A stretch of 64,000 nt of DNA. Source: an uncultured Bacteroidales bacterium. GTDB taxonomy: Bacteria > Bacteroidota > Bacteroidia > Bacteroidales > VadinHA17. Below, piece by piece: positions 18,168 through 28,495 of the stretch (positions are counted from its first letter, which is position 1; each line of letters begins with the position of its first letter). The position numbers and the translations under genes were made by a program. The notes below the pieces were generated by a model. The model made no database searches, was not told where the DNA came from, and worked only from the letters and a program-made list of their open reading frames with translations. The stretch covers positions 164,963 to 228,962 of the forward strand of contig CAVSZL010000008.1 in NCBI GenBank assembly GCA_963732435.1. The letters run 5' to 3'.

Positions 18168-18572
18168 ATGGCAAAATACAACGAGACAGATAATACTACA
18201 ATTAACCTTATCAGTAACGGAACAGATATTGTAGGTGATGTTATTTCTAATGGAGATATTCGGATTGATGGAACCCTTAAAGGCAGTCTGAATACCAAAG
18301 GCAAAGTTGTAATTGGTCCTACCGGAAAGGTTAACGGTGAGGTTATTTGCAAAAATTCGGAAGTTTCAGGAATTGTTGAGGGTAAATTATCTGTAGAGCA
18401 GTTGCTAAATCTGAAAGCATCTTCAAAAATAATTGGAGATATTGCTACATCAAAACTTTCAATTGAGCCAGGCGCAAAATTCACAGGAAACTGCAAAATG
18501 AGTGACAAGGACAATAATAATGGAGGAGGAGCAGCAAGTAAAGAAAAAGAATCCGACAAACCAGCGAAATAA
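18168..18572 (+). CDS. Bactofilin (polymer-forming cytoskeletal protein, DUF583)
   Basis: Repetitive beta-helix pattern (IVGDVISNGDIRIDGTLKGSLNTKGKVVIGPTGKVNGEVICKNSEVSGIVEGKL...) with a low-complexity basic/acidic tail. Confidence 0.85.
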   Translation: MAKYNETDNTTINLISNGTDIVGDVISNGDIRIDGTLKGSLNTKGKVVIGPTGKVNGEVICKNSEVSGIVEGKLSVEQLLNLKASSKIIGDIATSKLSIEPGAKFTGNCKMSDKDNNNGGGAASKEKESDKPAK

Positions 18573-18762
18573 AGGGATCAGGGATTTCGCCAGATATTCG
18601 GGCATTGCTTTCCAGATGGTTGGTATTATTCTTATTACAACATGGGGAGGAAAAAAACTTGATGTACTGACTGACTTTGATAAACCTGTTTTTACGATAA
18701 TTCTTTCCCTTCTTGGCGTTTTTGCTGCAATATATACAGCAGTAAAAGATTTTATTAAGTAA
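18520..18762 (+). CDS. AtpZ/AtpI-family small membrane protein
   Basis: RYSGIAFQMVGIILITTWGGKKLD...FTIILSLLGVFAAIYTAVKDF matches the AtpZ pattern. The ORF is open from 18502, with candidate ATGs at 18502 and 18520, both inside the bactofilin 3' end. Confidence 0.7.
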   Translation: MEEEQQVKKKNPTNQRNKGIRDFARYSGIAFQMVGIILITTWGGKKLDVLTDFDKPVFTIILSLLGVFAAIYTAVKDFIK

Positions 18763-18769
18763 TATTTTT

Positions 18770-19162
18770 TTGAAACCGTTTTATAAATATCTTTTAATAA
18801 TACTCTCATCTAATATCCTGCTGGTATTAGCAATACATTACCTAATTTCATATTTTAAAATTAGCTTCAACATAGCAGAAATCGTATTTCTTGCAACCGC
18901 TTTCTCCTCAATTTCAATATTGACAGTATTCATTTTTTTAAGAGGCCGGACTCAAGAAGCTGATTCTCAAACATTGCATAGCCTTATATCGATTGGTTTA
19001 AAGTTCCTGCTTGAAATGATTTTAGCTCTTGTCTGGTTCATTCTTTTGAAAAAAAATTCTTTGTCCTCTGTTTTTGTATTTTTTATATTATATTTATCGC
19101 TCTCTTTGATTTCGATTGGATTTATATTAAACATATTGAATAACAAAAATTTACATAACTAA
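18770..19162 (+). CDS. Small hydrophobic membrane protein preceding atpB (ATP synthase protein I-like position)
   Basis: 130 aa, four predicted TMs, TTG start as listed. Sits between AtpZ and subunit a. Confidence 0.45.
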   Translation: MKPFYKYLLIILSSNILLVLAIHYLISYFKISFNIAEIVFLATAFSSISILTVFIFLRGRTQEADSQTLHSLISIGLKFLLEMILALVWFILLKKNSLSSVFVFFILYLSLSLISIGFILNILNNKNLHN

Positions 19163-19169
19163 CACTGAC

Positions 19170-20231
19170 TTGAAAACTAGAATATTTTTGATCTTTTCCC
19201 TCTTTTTTCTGTTAGCAGGAACAACTGCTTCTGTTTCTGCGAGTGACGTTGAAACAAAAGAGGACGGGAATGAAAAATTTAATGCCAGTGCCTATATACT
19301 TGAACATCTAGCGGATTCTCATGAATGGCATATTTTTACGAAAAAAAATGGGGAACATGTTGCTATTTATCTTCCTGTTATTGTTTACAGCAAGGAGAGC
19401 GGGTTGAACGTTTTTTCTTCGAAAAAGCTGGCACATGGACATGATTACAAAGGATTCCGGCTGGAAGAGGAGGGTGAATTAAAAGGTAAGATTGTTTCTG
19501 TAAATTCTGAAGGAATTGTTGATGAAGAGAATCTACCTCTCGACTTATCAATGACTAAAACTGTTGTTGGTATGTTGTCTGCTGCAATAATTGGATTGGT
19601 TCTATTTTTGTCGCTGGCCCGTTCCTATAAGAAAACTGGTATAAGCCACCCGAAAGGGATTCAAAGCTTTCTTGAACCAATAATAGTTTTTGTACGCGAT
19701 GACATCGCTATTCCGAACCTTGGTCCTCATAAATATGAAAAATTCATGCCTTATTTACTTACGGCTTTCTTTTTCATAATTATTAATAATATAATGGGAC
19801 TTATTCCATTTCCTCCACCTTTCGGTGCTAATGTAACAGGCAATCTGGCAATTACTGGCACTCTGGCTGCCTGCACATTCTTCATTACCCAGATCAACGG
19901 CAATAAAGAATATTGGAGGCACATATTTGCTACGCCTGGTGTGCCCTTATGGATGTTACCCGTTATGATTCCGGTAGAATTAATAGGGATAATATCCAAA
20001 CCTTTTGCACTGATGATAAGGTTATTCGCAAATATTGTTGCAGGACATATTATAGTTCTGAGTCTTGTTTGTCTTATATTTATTTTTAATACAGTGTGGC
20101 TCGCGCCGGTTAGTATCTTCTTTGTAGTATTTATGGACTGTCTCGAACTTATGGTGGCATTCCTTCAGGCATATATTTTTACTCTGTTATCAGCATTGTT
20201 TATAAGCCTTGCGACAGCAGAGCATCATTAA
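19170..20231 (+). CDS. atpB: F0F1 ATP synthase subunit a
   Basis: C-terminal conserved region (LMIRLFANIVAGHII with the essential Arg) and the long N-terminal extension typical of Bacteroidota. TTG start as listed. Confidence 0.9.
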   Translation: MKTRIFLIFSLFFLLAGTTASVSASDVETKEDGNEKFNASAYILEHLADSHEWHIFTKKNGEHVAIYLPVIVYSKESGLNVFSSKKLAHGHDYKGFRLEEEGELKGKIVSVNSEGIVDEENLPLDLSMTKTVVGMLSAAIIGLVLFLSLARSYKKTGISHPKGIQSFLEPIIVFVRDDIAIPNLGPHKYEKFMPYLLTAFFFIIINNIMGLIPFPPPFGANVTGNLAITGTLAACTFFITQINGNKEYWRHIFATPGVPLWMLPVMIPVELIGIISKPFALMIRLFANIVAGHIIVLSLVCLIFIFNTVWLAPVSIFFVVFMDCLELMVAFLQAYIFTLLSALFISLATAEHH

Positions 20232-20257
20232 TAATTTTTGTTAAACTAAATATTTAA

Positions 20258-20461
<204 letters not shown>

Positions 20462-20479
20462 TAACTAAGATTATTAAAG

Positions 20480-20500
20480 CCTGCAACGGTTGGTTGCAGG
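20480..20500 (+). promoter_or_regulatory. Perfect 8-bp stem-loop just after atpE (intra-operon attenuator or stabiliser candidate)
   Basis: CCTGCAAC-ggttg-GTTGCAGG followed by a T-rich stretch. Lies 19 nt after the atpE stop and 35 nt before atpF. Confidence 0.55.
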
Positions 20501-20534
20501 ACTTTAATTTTATGAAATCAATAATAACAAGTAT

Positions 20535-21050
20535 ATGATATTATTAGCCAACAGTCTGACCACTCCCGCCATAGGAACTTTCTTTTGGTCAGTACTTATT
20601 TTCGGTCTCTTTTTTATTATCCTTACTAAATTTGCCTGGAAACCAATTTTGAAGGCTGTTAAATCCAGAGATGAGATGATTAAAAGTTCTCTGGAATCTG
20701 CTGAAAACGCCAGAAAGGAAATGCTAAAATTGCAGAGCGATAATGAAGCAACTTTACGTAAAGCAAGGGAAGAACGTGAGGGGATTCTCAAGGAAGCACG
20801 GGATGTGAGGGATAAAATGATAGCTGAAGCCAAAGAGAAAGCAGCTGATGAAGCTGAAAAACTTGTTGAAAAGGCAAGGATAAGCATTGATAATGAGAAA
20901 CGAAAAGCAATTTCAGAAATTCAGGAGCAGGTAACAAGTATCTCAATAGAGATCGCCTCAAAAATATTGGGAGAGAAACTCAAGCAGACAGGGGAACAGG
21001 AGAAACTGATTGATAATTACCTCAAGGAGATAAATTTCAAAAAGAATTAG
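20535..21050 (+). CDS. atpF: F0F1 ATP synthase subunit b
   Basis: Single N-terminal TM followed by a long charged helix. Operon position. Confidence 0.85.
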   Translation: MILLANSLTTPAIGTFFWSVLIFGLFFIILTKFAWKPILKAVKSRDEMIKSSLESAENARKEMLKLQSDNEATLRKAREEREGILKEARDVRDKMIAEAKEKAADEAEKLVEKARISIDNEKRKAISEIQEQVTSISIEIASKILGEKLKQTGEQEKLIDNYLKEINFKKN

Positions 21051-21064
21051 GAAGTAAATCTGCA

Positions 21065-21616
21065 ATGAACGATAGCAAAATATCTGTAAGGTATTCAAGG
21101 GCATTTTTCCAGTTGGCTGTTGAGAAGAAATTACTCGATAGTGCAAATCAGGATATGATATTTATTTCTGAATTATGCAAAACTCCTGAAATGCATGAAT
21201 TCCTAAGTAGCCCCATTATATTTCCCTCGAAAAAGAGAGATATATTTCATAAAATATTGGGAGATAGTGTTGAAAAAATAACACTAAGCCTGATCGACCT
21301 TGTTGTTAAAAATGGCAGGGAAAATTATATTCCTTCTATTGCAAGGGTATTCATACATGAGACAATAAAATACAAAGGCATTTCAGAATTAAACCTGACT
21401 ACGGCCATAAAGATTGAATCAAAAGTTAAGAAGCAGATAGCTGACATTATTTCGGAGGCATTCAAAATAAAAGTTGAAGTTAAAGAAAATGTTGATCCTG
21501 ATTTAATTGGCGGATTTATCATCAGGATTGATGACAATTTTATTGATGGCAGTGTGAGGACTAAACTCAGAAAAATAAGTAAAAAGCTCAAAGAGAGCAT
21601 TATAACCTCAGAATAA
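21065..21616 (+). CDS. atpH: F0F1 ATP synthase subunit delta
   Basis: OSCP-like sequence ([12 protein letters not shown]..., [20 protein letters not shown]). Operon position. Confidence 0.85.
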   Translation: MNDSKISVRYSRAFFQLAVEKKLLDSANQDMIFISELCKTPEMHEFLSSPIIFPSKKRDIFHKILGDSVEKITLSLIDLVVKNGRENYIPSIARVFIHETIKYKGISELNLTTAIKIESKVKKQIADIISEAFKIKVEVKENVDPDLIGGFIIRIDDNFIDGSVRTKLRKISKKLKESIITSE

Positions 21617-21648
21617 AATTAATTAAAGAAATATTTAAGATAAATAAT

Positions 21649-23229
21649 ATGGCAAATATTAAACCGGCAGAAGTTTCAAAAATTCTCAAACAGCAGCTGG
21701 AAGGAATTCAAACCGGAGTTGAACTTGAGGAAGTTGGAACAGTACTTCAGGTTGGTGACGGAATCGCACGTATTTATGGACTTTCAAATGTTCAGTCGAA
21801 TGAGCTTATCGAATTCGAAAATGGTATAGAAGCAATAGTACTTAATCTAGAAGAAGATAATATCGGTGCTGTATTGCTGGGTCCGACAGAAGCGATCAAT
21901 GAAGGGGATATTGTAAAAAGGACCGGAAGGATTGCCTCTCTTGGAGTTGGCGAGGGTTTACTTGGAAGAGTAATTTCTCCTACGGGTCAGCCGCTTGATG
22001 GCAAAGGACCTATTAAGGGTGAGCTTTTTAATCTTCCCTTTGAAAGGAAAGCCCCCGGGGTTATTTTTCGCCAGCCGGTTAGACAACCACTCCAGACAGG
22101 AATAAAGGCAATCGATGCTATGATACCAATAGGTCGCGGTCAAAGGGAATTGATTATTGGTGACAGGCAAACAGGAAAGACGGCAATTGCGATAGATACA
22201 ATTATAAATCAACGAAGTAACTTTGAGAAAGGTAAGCCGGTTTATTGTATCTATGTTGCAATCGGTCAAAAAGGATCAACAATTGCCAATATTGCTGCCA
22301 CTCTTGAGGAGCATGGAGCACTGGATTATACAGTAATAGTCCTTGCTACTGCTTCAGATCCGGCAGCTTCACAGTTTTATGCTCCTTTTGCAGGAGCAGC
22401 GATTGGAGAATTTTTTCGCGATACAGGCCGTGATGCCCTGATTATTTATGATGACCTTTCCAAGCAGGCTGTATCTTACAGAGAGGTATCCCTGCTGCTT
22501 CGCCGTCCACCAGGACGTGAGGCATACCCGGGTGATGTTTTTTATCTTCATTCACGACTTCTTGAAAGAGCAGCGAAAATCATTGAATCAGATGAGGTAG
22601 CTCAAAAGATGAATGATCTTCCGGAAGCAATACGACACCTGGTTAAAGGTGGAGGTTCTCTGACAGCATTACCAATAATTGAAACACAAGCAGGAGACGT
22701 GTCAGCATATATTCCGACTAATGTTATTTCTATTACTGATGGACAGATTTTCCTTGAATCAAGTCTTTTTAATTCTGGGGTCCGTCCGGCAATAAATGTT
22801 GGAATTTCAGTTTCAAGGGTAGGAGGAAACGCCCAGATTAAATCGATGAAAAAAATTGCTGGGACACTGAAAGTGGATCAGGCACAGTATCGGGAGCTTG
22901 AAGCGTTCTCCAAGTTTGGTTCTGATCTTGATGCCACTACTATGGCTATTCTTAATAAGGGAGCCAAAAACGTTCAGATTCTTAAGCAGGGACAATATGC
23001 TCCTGTTCCGGTGGAAAAGCAGGTGGCAATAATATATTGTGGTACTATGGGGCTTTTAAAAGATGTACCTGTAGAGAAAGTAAAGGATTTTGAGATTGAA
23101 TTTCTGGAGTTTCTCAATCTTAAACACAGAAATGTCCTGGATAGTCTGCGTGATGGAATCCTGAACAGTGAAATTACTGATGTTCTGGAGAAAGTAGCCA
23201 CAGACTTAGTATTAAAATTTAAGCCATAA
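21649..23229 (+). CDS. atpA: F0F1 ATP synthase subunit alpha
   Basis: Walker [10 protein letters not shown]. Highly conserved alpha-subunit sequence throughout. Confidence 0.97.
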   Translation: MANIKPAEVSKILKQQLEGIQTGVELEEVGTVLQVGDGIARIYGLSNVQSNELIEFENGIEAIVLNLEEDNIGAVLLGPTEAINEGDIVKRTGRIASLGVGEGLLGRVISPTGQPLDGKGPIKGELFNLPFERKAPGVIFRQPVRQPLQTGIKAIDAMIPIGRGQRELIIGDRQTGKTAIAIDTIINQRSNFEKGKPVYCIYVAIGQKGSTIANIAATLEEHGALDYTVIVLATASDPAASQFYAPFAGAAIGEFFRDTGRDALIIYDDLSKQAVSYREVSLLLRRPPGREAYPGDVFYLHSRLLERAAKIIESDEVAQKMNDLPEAIRHLVKGGGSLTALPIIETQAGDVSAYIPTNVISITDGQIFLESSLFNSGVRPAINVGISVSRVGGNAQIKSMKKIAGTLKVDQAQYRELEAFSKFGSDLDATTMAILNKGAKNVQILKQGQYAPVPVEKQVAIIYCGTMGLLKDVPVEKVKDFEIEFLEFLNLKHRNVLDSLRDGILNSEITDVLEKVATDLVLKFKP

Positions 23230-23261
23230 TAGACAGAATTATCTGAATAAATGATTTTTAA

Positions 23262-24146
23262 ATGGCGAATCTAAAGGCAATAAGAATAAGGATTACTTCT
23301 GTAAAATCTACCAGGCAGATTACTTCTGCCATGAAGATGGTCTCTGCGGCCAAGTTAAGGAAGGCTCAGGATAAAATAGTGAGACTCAGGCCTTATGCTA
23401 ATAAATTGCATGAAATACTTGTTGGATTATCACAGAGCCTCTCAGAATCTGAAATAGAGAATGTATATGGAAGAATTTCTCCTCCGGAAAAAGTACTGCT
23501 GGTTGTAATAACATCTAACAGGGGTCTGTGCGGAGCTTTTAATTCCAATGTAATAAAAGAAACAAGGAGACTGGTTGCAGAAAAGTATAATTCTCAATAT
23601 AAGAATGGAAACCTGAAAATCCTTACCATTGGTAAAAAAGGGTATGATTTTTTCAGGAAATTAAAAATAGAGATGCTTCCCGACCAGAACGCCCTGCTTA
23701 ATGAACTTACTTTTGAAAATGTTGCCGAACTTGCCGGGCAGGTAATGAAGAGTTTTGTATCAAAGGAATTCGACCATGTAGAATTGGTTTATAATCAGTT
23801 TAAAAATGCAGCTGTTCAAAATCTGGTTAGTGAAATATTTTTACCGGTAGAGAATATTAAAACTGATAGTTCAAAACATGCAAGTGTTGACTATATCTAT
23901 GAACCAAATCAGGAACAAATCATTGAAGAGCTAATTCCCAAGTCATTAAAGATTCAGTTTTATAAAGCAGTTCTTGATTCTTTTGTTGCAGAGCATGGTG
24001 CCAGAATGACCGCAATGCATAAGGCAACTGATAATGCAACAACGATGATCAGGGATCTGACTCTTCAGTATAATAAAGCAAGACAGGCCACGATTACCAA
24101 TCAGATACTTGAAGTTGTAAGTGGCGCTGAAGCTTTAAAAGGCTAG
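23262..24146 (+). CDS. atpG: F0F1 ATP synthase subunit gamma
   Basis: MANLKAIRIRITSVKSTRQITSAMKMVSAAKLRKAQ start and ITNQILEVVSGAEAL end. Confidence 0.95.
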   Translation: MANLKAIRIRITSVKSTRQITSAMKMVSAAKLRKAQDKIVRLRPYANKLHEILVGLSQSLSESEIENVYGRISPPEKVLLVVITSNRGLCGAFNSNVIKETRRLVAEKYNSQYKNGNLKILTIGKKGYDFFRKLKIEMLPDQNALLNELTFENVAELAGQVMKSFVSKEFDHVELVYNQFKNAAVQNLVSEIFLPVENIKTDSSKHASVDYIYEPNQEQIIEELIPKSLKIQFYKAVLDSFVAEHGARMTAMHKATDNATTMIRDLTLQYNKARQATITNQILEVVSGAEALKG

Positions 24147-24175
24147 CGAAATTGTCAGCTTGTTAAAAGACAATT

Positions 24176-25150
24176 ATGTACAATCAGACTGAGCTCAAAG
24201 GTTTAGTAGATAAGGCTATAATAAACCTTACATTAAATGATGAAGCTGTAAGGCTTATCGATCCTGTAAAATATATTCTTTCAATCGGAGGCAAGAGGCT
24301 GAGACCTGTTCTGTCTCTTATGGCATGTAATCTTTTTAGTGATAAGATAGATGAGGCTATTATGCCGGCAGTAGGAATAGAAGTCTTTCACAACTTCACA
24401 CTTGTGCACGATGATATAATGGATCAGGCTCCTTTAAGAAGGAATTTCCCAACTGTACATAAAAAATGGAACACAAATCAGGCAATTCTCTCTGGTGACG
24501 TTATGGCTTTTATTGCTAATGATTGCTTTTTACATACACCATCAAAATCTCTCCTTAAAGTATTCAGAGCTTTTAATAAAGCAGCAATTGAAGTGTGTGT
24601 TGGACAGCAACTTGACATTGATTTTGAAAAAGTAGCCACAGTTTCACAGGAAGAGTATCTGAGAATGATCGAACTGAAAACAGCTGTTCTCGTTGCTTCA
24701 TCGCTTAAAATTGGAGCCATAATAGGTGGTGCTGATGACAGAGATTCAGACCTCTTATATGAGTTTGGACGGAACCTGGGACTTGCATTTCAGATACAGG
24801 ACGATATTCTTGATACATATGGTGATTTCGAACTCTTCGGAAAGATTCCGGGAGGAGATATACTGGCAAACAAAAAGACCTTTCTTTTGGTTAAGGCTTT
24901 TGAAATCGCCACTGGGGAGGAACTAAGACTATTGCATGAACAGTTTTCGATGAAAGATATTGTTCCTGATCTTAAAGTGAAGACTGTAATAGATCTGTTC
25001 AATAAGCTAAATGTTAAATCCATTACTGAAAAAGTGGCAAATGAATATATAAATAATGCCTTTTTGTTCCTTGAAAAAGTAAAGGTAGATAATGAAAGGA
25101 AGGAGGAAATAAATCAGATTGTAACTTCTCTCATTGGAAGAGTTGCATAA
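24176..25150 (+). CDS. Polyprenyl diphosphate synthase family (trans-isoprenyl diphosphate synthase)
   Basis: First and second Asp-rich motifs, LVHDDIMD and FQIQDDILD. GKRLRP motif. Confidence 0.9.
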   Translation: MYNQTELKGLVDKAIINLTLNDEAVRLIDPVKYILSIGGKRLRPVLSLMACNLFSDKIDEAIMPAVGIEVFHNFTLVHDDIMDQAPLRRNFPTVHKKWNTNQAILSGDVMAFIANDCFLHTPSKSLLKVFRAFNKAAIEVCVGQQLDIDFEKVATVSQEEYLRMIELKTAVLVASSLKIGAIIGGADDRDSDLLYEFGRNLGLAFQIQDDILDTYGDFELFGKIPGGDILANKKTFLLVKAFEIATGEELRLLHEQFSMKDIVPDLKVKTVIDLFNKLNVKSITEKVANEYINNAFLFLEKVKVDNERKEEINQIVTSLIGRVA

Positions 25151-25249
25151 TACCTTTTTACATATATAGTGCAGAGGGAAAAACTATGTATTTTAATCAA
25201 TAATATGTGAATTAATATTGCCTAAAAATTATTCATCTATAAAAATTAC

Positions 25250-25257
25250 TAAATTTG
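25250..25257 (+). promoter_or_regulatory. Candidate -7 box TAAATTTG ahead of atpD
   Basis: Fits TAnnTTTG. About 37 nt upstream of the atpD ATG, within a 143-nt AT-rich gap. Confidence 0.3.
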
Positions 25258-25284
25258 TACCTTTTGCAAAACTTAAATAAATAA

Positions 25285-26802
<1,518 letters not shown>

Positions 26803-26811
26803 TCATATCTG

Positions 26812-27066
26812 ATGAAAATAGAGATTATCACACCTGATAGGAAAGTATATGAAGGAGATATTAAATCTGTAAGGGTTCCCGGAAAAAAGGGATCCTTCCA
26901 GGTGTTAACAGACCATGCCCCGATAGTATCGACTCTCGACAGCGGTTACGTAATGATCGTTGACCAGAATGGCAACGAGAAAACTTTACAGATCAGTGGA
27001 GGTGTAATTGAAGTTAAGGCTAATAAAATAATTCTTCTGGCAGATTCTGTAAAACAAGATATGTAA
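26812..27066 (+). CDS. atpC: F0F1 ATP synthase subunit epsilon
   Basis: 84 aa beta-sandwich type sequence (MKIEIITPDRKVYEGDIKSVRVPG...) directly after atpD. Confidence 0.9.
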   Translation: MKIEIITPDRKVYEGDIKSVRVPGKKGSFQVLTDHAPIVSTLDSGYVMIVDQNGNEKTLQISGGVIEVKANKIILLADSVKQDM

Positions 27067-27067
27067 A

Positions 27068-28483
27068 ATGACATCTGAAGAGTTTCGCAAACATGCCCAT
27101 GAGCTTGTTGAATGGATGGCAGGCTATATGGAAAATGTTGAAAAATATCCGGTGAAGTCATCGGTTAAACCAGGCGAGATCTTCAAAAAAATTCCAGATA
27201 CACCTCCCTCATATTCTGAGTCGTTTGATTTCTTTATGAAGGATTTCAATGATTTAATAATGCCAGGGATTACCCATTGGCAGAATCCGAAATTCTTCGC
27301 ATATTTTCCTGCAAATACCAGCCCTTCATCAATTCTTGCCGAAATGATTACGGCCACTCTTGGATCTCAGTGTATGATCTGGGAAACATCACCTGCAGCA
27401 GCAGAACTTGAGGAGAAAATGATGAAATGGCTCAGGGAACTGATTGGTTTACCTGTTGATTTTGAAGGTGTTATTCAGGATTCAGCTTCAACTGCAACAC
27501 TTGCAGCAATACTTACTGCACGGGAAAGGATAACTAACTTTTCAATTAATAATGATGGCGCATGTGAGTCGGGAACTTTGAGAGTCTATTGTTCAGAACA
27601 GACTCATTCTTCTATTGAAAAGGCTGTGAAAATTTCAGGGATAGGAAGGAAAAACCTTGTAAAAATTCCTGTTAAGAAAGACTTCTCAATGGATACTGAA
27701 AAACTTCGTGAAGCAGTATTTAACGATAAAGTAAAAGGATTTATTCCCTGTTGTGTTGTTGCATCGATTGGTACTACAGGGACCACTGCTGTTGACCCTT
27801 TAAGAGAGATTGGCGAGGTTTGTAATAAAAACAGGATATTTCTCCATGTCGATGCAGCAATGGCCGGAACGGCTCTTATTTTGCCTGAATTTCAATGGAT
27901 GATCGATGGCAAAGAGTATATTGACAGTTTTGTATTCAATCCACATAAATGGATGTTTACAAATTTTGACTGTACAGCTTTTTTTGTTAAAGATGCTGAA
28001 TCTCTGATTAAAACCTTTGAAGTACTTCCTGAGTATCTTAAAACAAGGACCAGAGGAACAGTTAACGATTATCGTGACTGGGGAGTACCTCTGGGAAGAA
28101 GATTCAGGGCACTTAAGCTTTGGAGCGTTATAAGAACTTATGGTGCAGAAGGGCTCCGTGAAAAAATCAGGGAACATATTTCTATAGCGGCTCAGCTTGC
28201 AAGGATGATCTCAGATGAATCAGATTTTGAGATACTTGCCCCGGTTGTTTTATGCGTGGTCTGTTTCAGGTATAATCCTTCAGGATATACTAATGAGAAA
28301 ATAAATTTAGTTAATGAAAAACTGAATCATCTCTTAAATGATTCAGGTGAATTGTATCTTACGCATACAGTACTAAATGGAAGATATACTCTCCGAATGG
28401 TAACAGCCCAGACCAATGTAACACTCAATCATGTTGTTAAAGCCTGGGAGCTGATCAAAACTACAGCCCGGAGTATAAACTAA
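27068..28483 (+). CDS. Pyridoxal-dependent (group II) aromatic-L-amino-acid decarboxylase-like enzyme
   Basis: DDC-type landmarks: HWQNPKFFAYFPA, a SASTATL-like stretch, HVDAAMAG, and the PLP lysine in FNPHKWMFTNFDC. 471 aa. Confidence 0.9.
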   Translation: MTSEEFRKHAHELVEWMAGYMENVEKYPVKSSVKPGEIFKKIPDTPPSYSESFDFFMKDFNDLIMPGITHWQNPKFFAYFPANTSPSSILAEMITATLGSQCMIWETSPAAAELEEKMMKWLRELIGLPVDFEGVIQDSASTATLAAILTARERITNFSINNDGACESGTLRVYCSEQTHSSIEKAVKISGIGRKNLVKIPVKKDFSMDTEKLREAVFNDKVKGFIPCCVVASIGTTGTTAVDPLREIGEVCNKNRIFLHVDAAMAGTALILPEFQWMIDGKEYIDSFVFNPHKWMFTNFDCTAFFVKDAESLIKTFEVLPEYLKTRTRGTVNDYRDWGVPLGRRFRALKLWSVIRTYGAEGLREKIREHISIAAQLARMISDESDFEILAPVVLCVVCFRYNPSGYTNEKINLVNEKLNHLLNDSGELYLTHTVLNGRYTLRMVTAQTNVTLNHVVKAWELIKTTARSIN

Positions 28484-28495
28484 TAAATTGATTCT

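Noticed and set aside
18158-18559. Long antisense ORFs opposite bactofilin (18158..18559), atpE (20254..20457), the LolA-like gene end (4802..5308) and lipoprotein A (37302..37544).
   Set aside because: These are shadow ORFs on the complement of well-supported genes. Their translations are low-complexity (P/L/S-rich) with no motifs.
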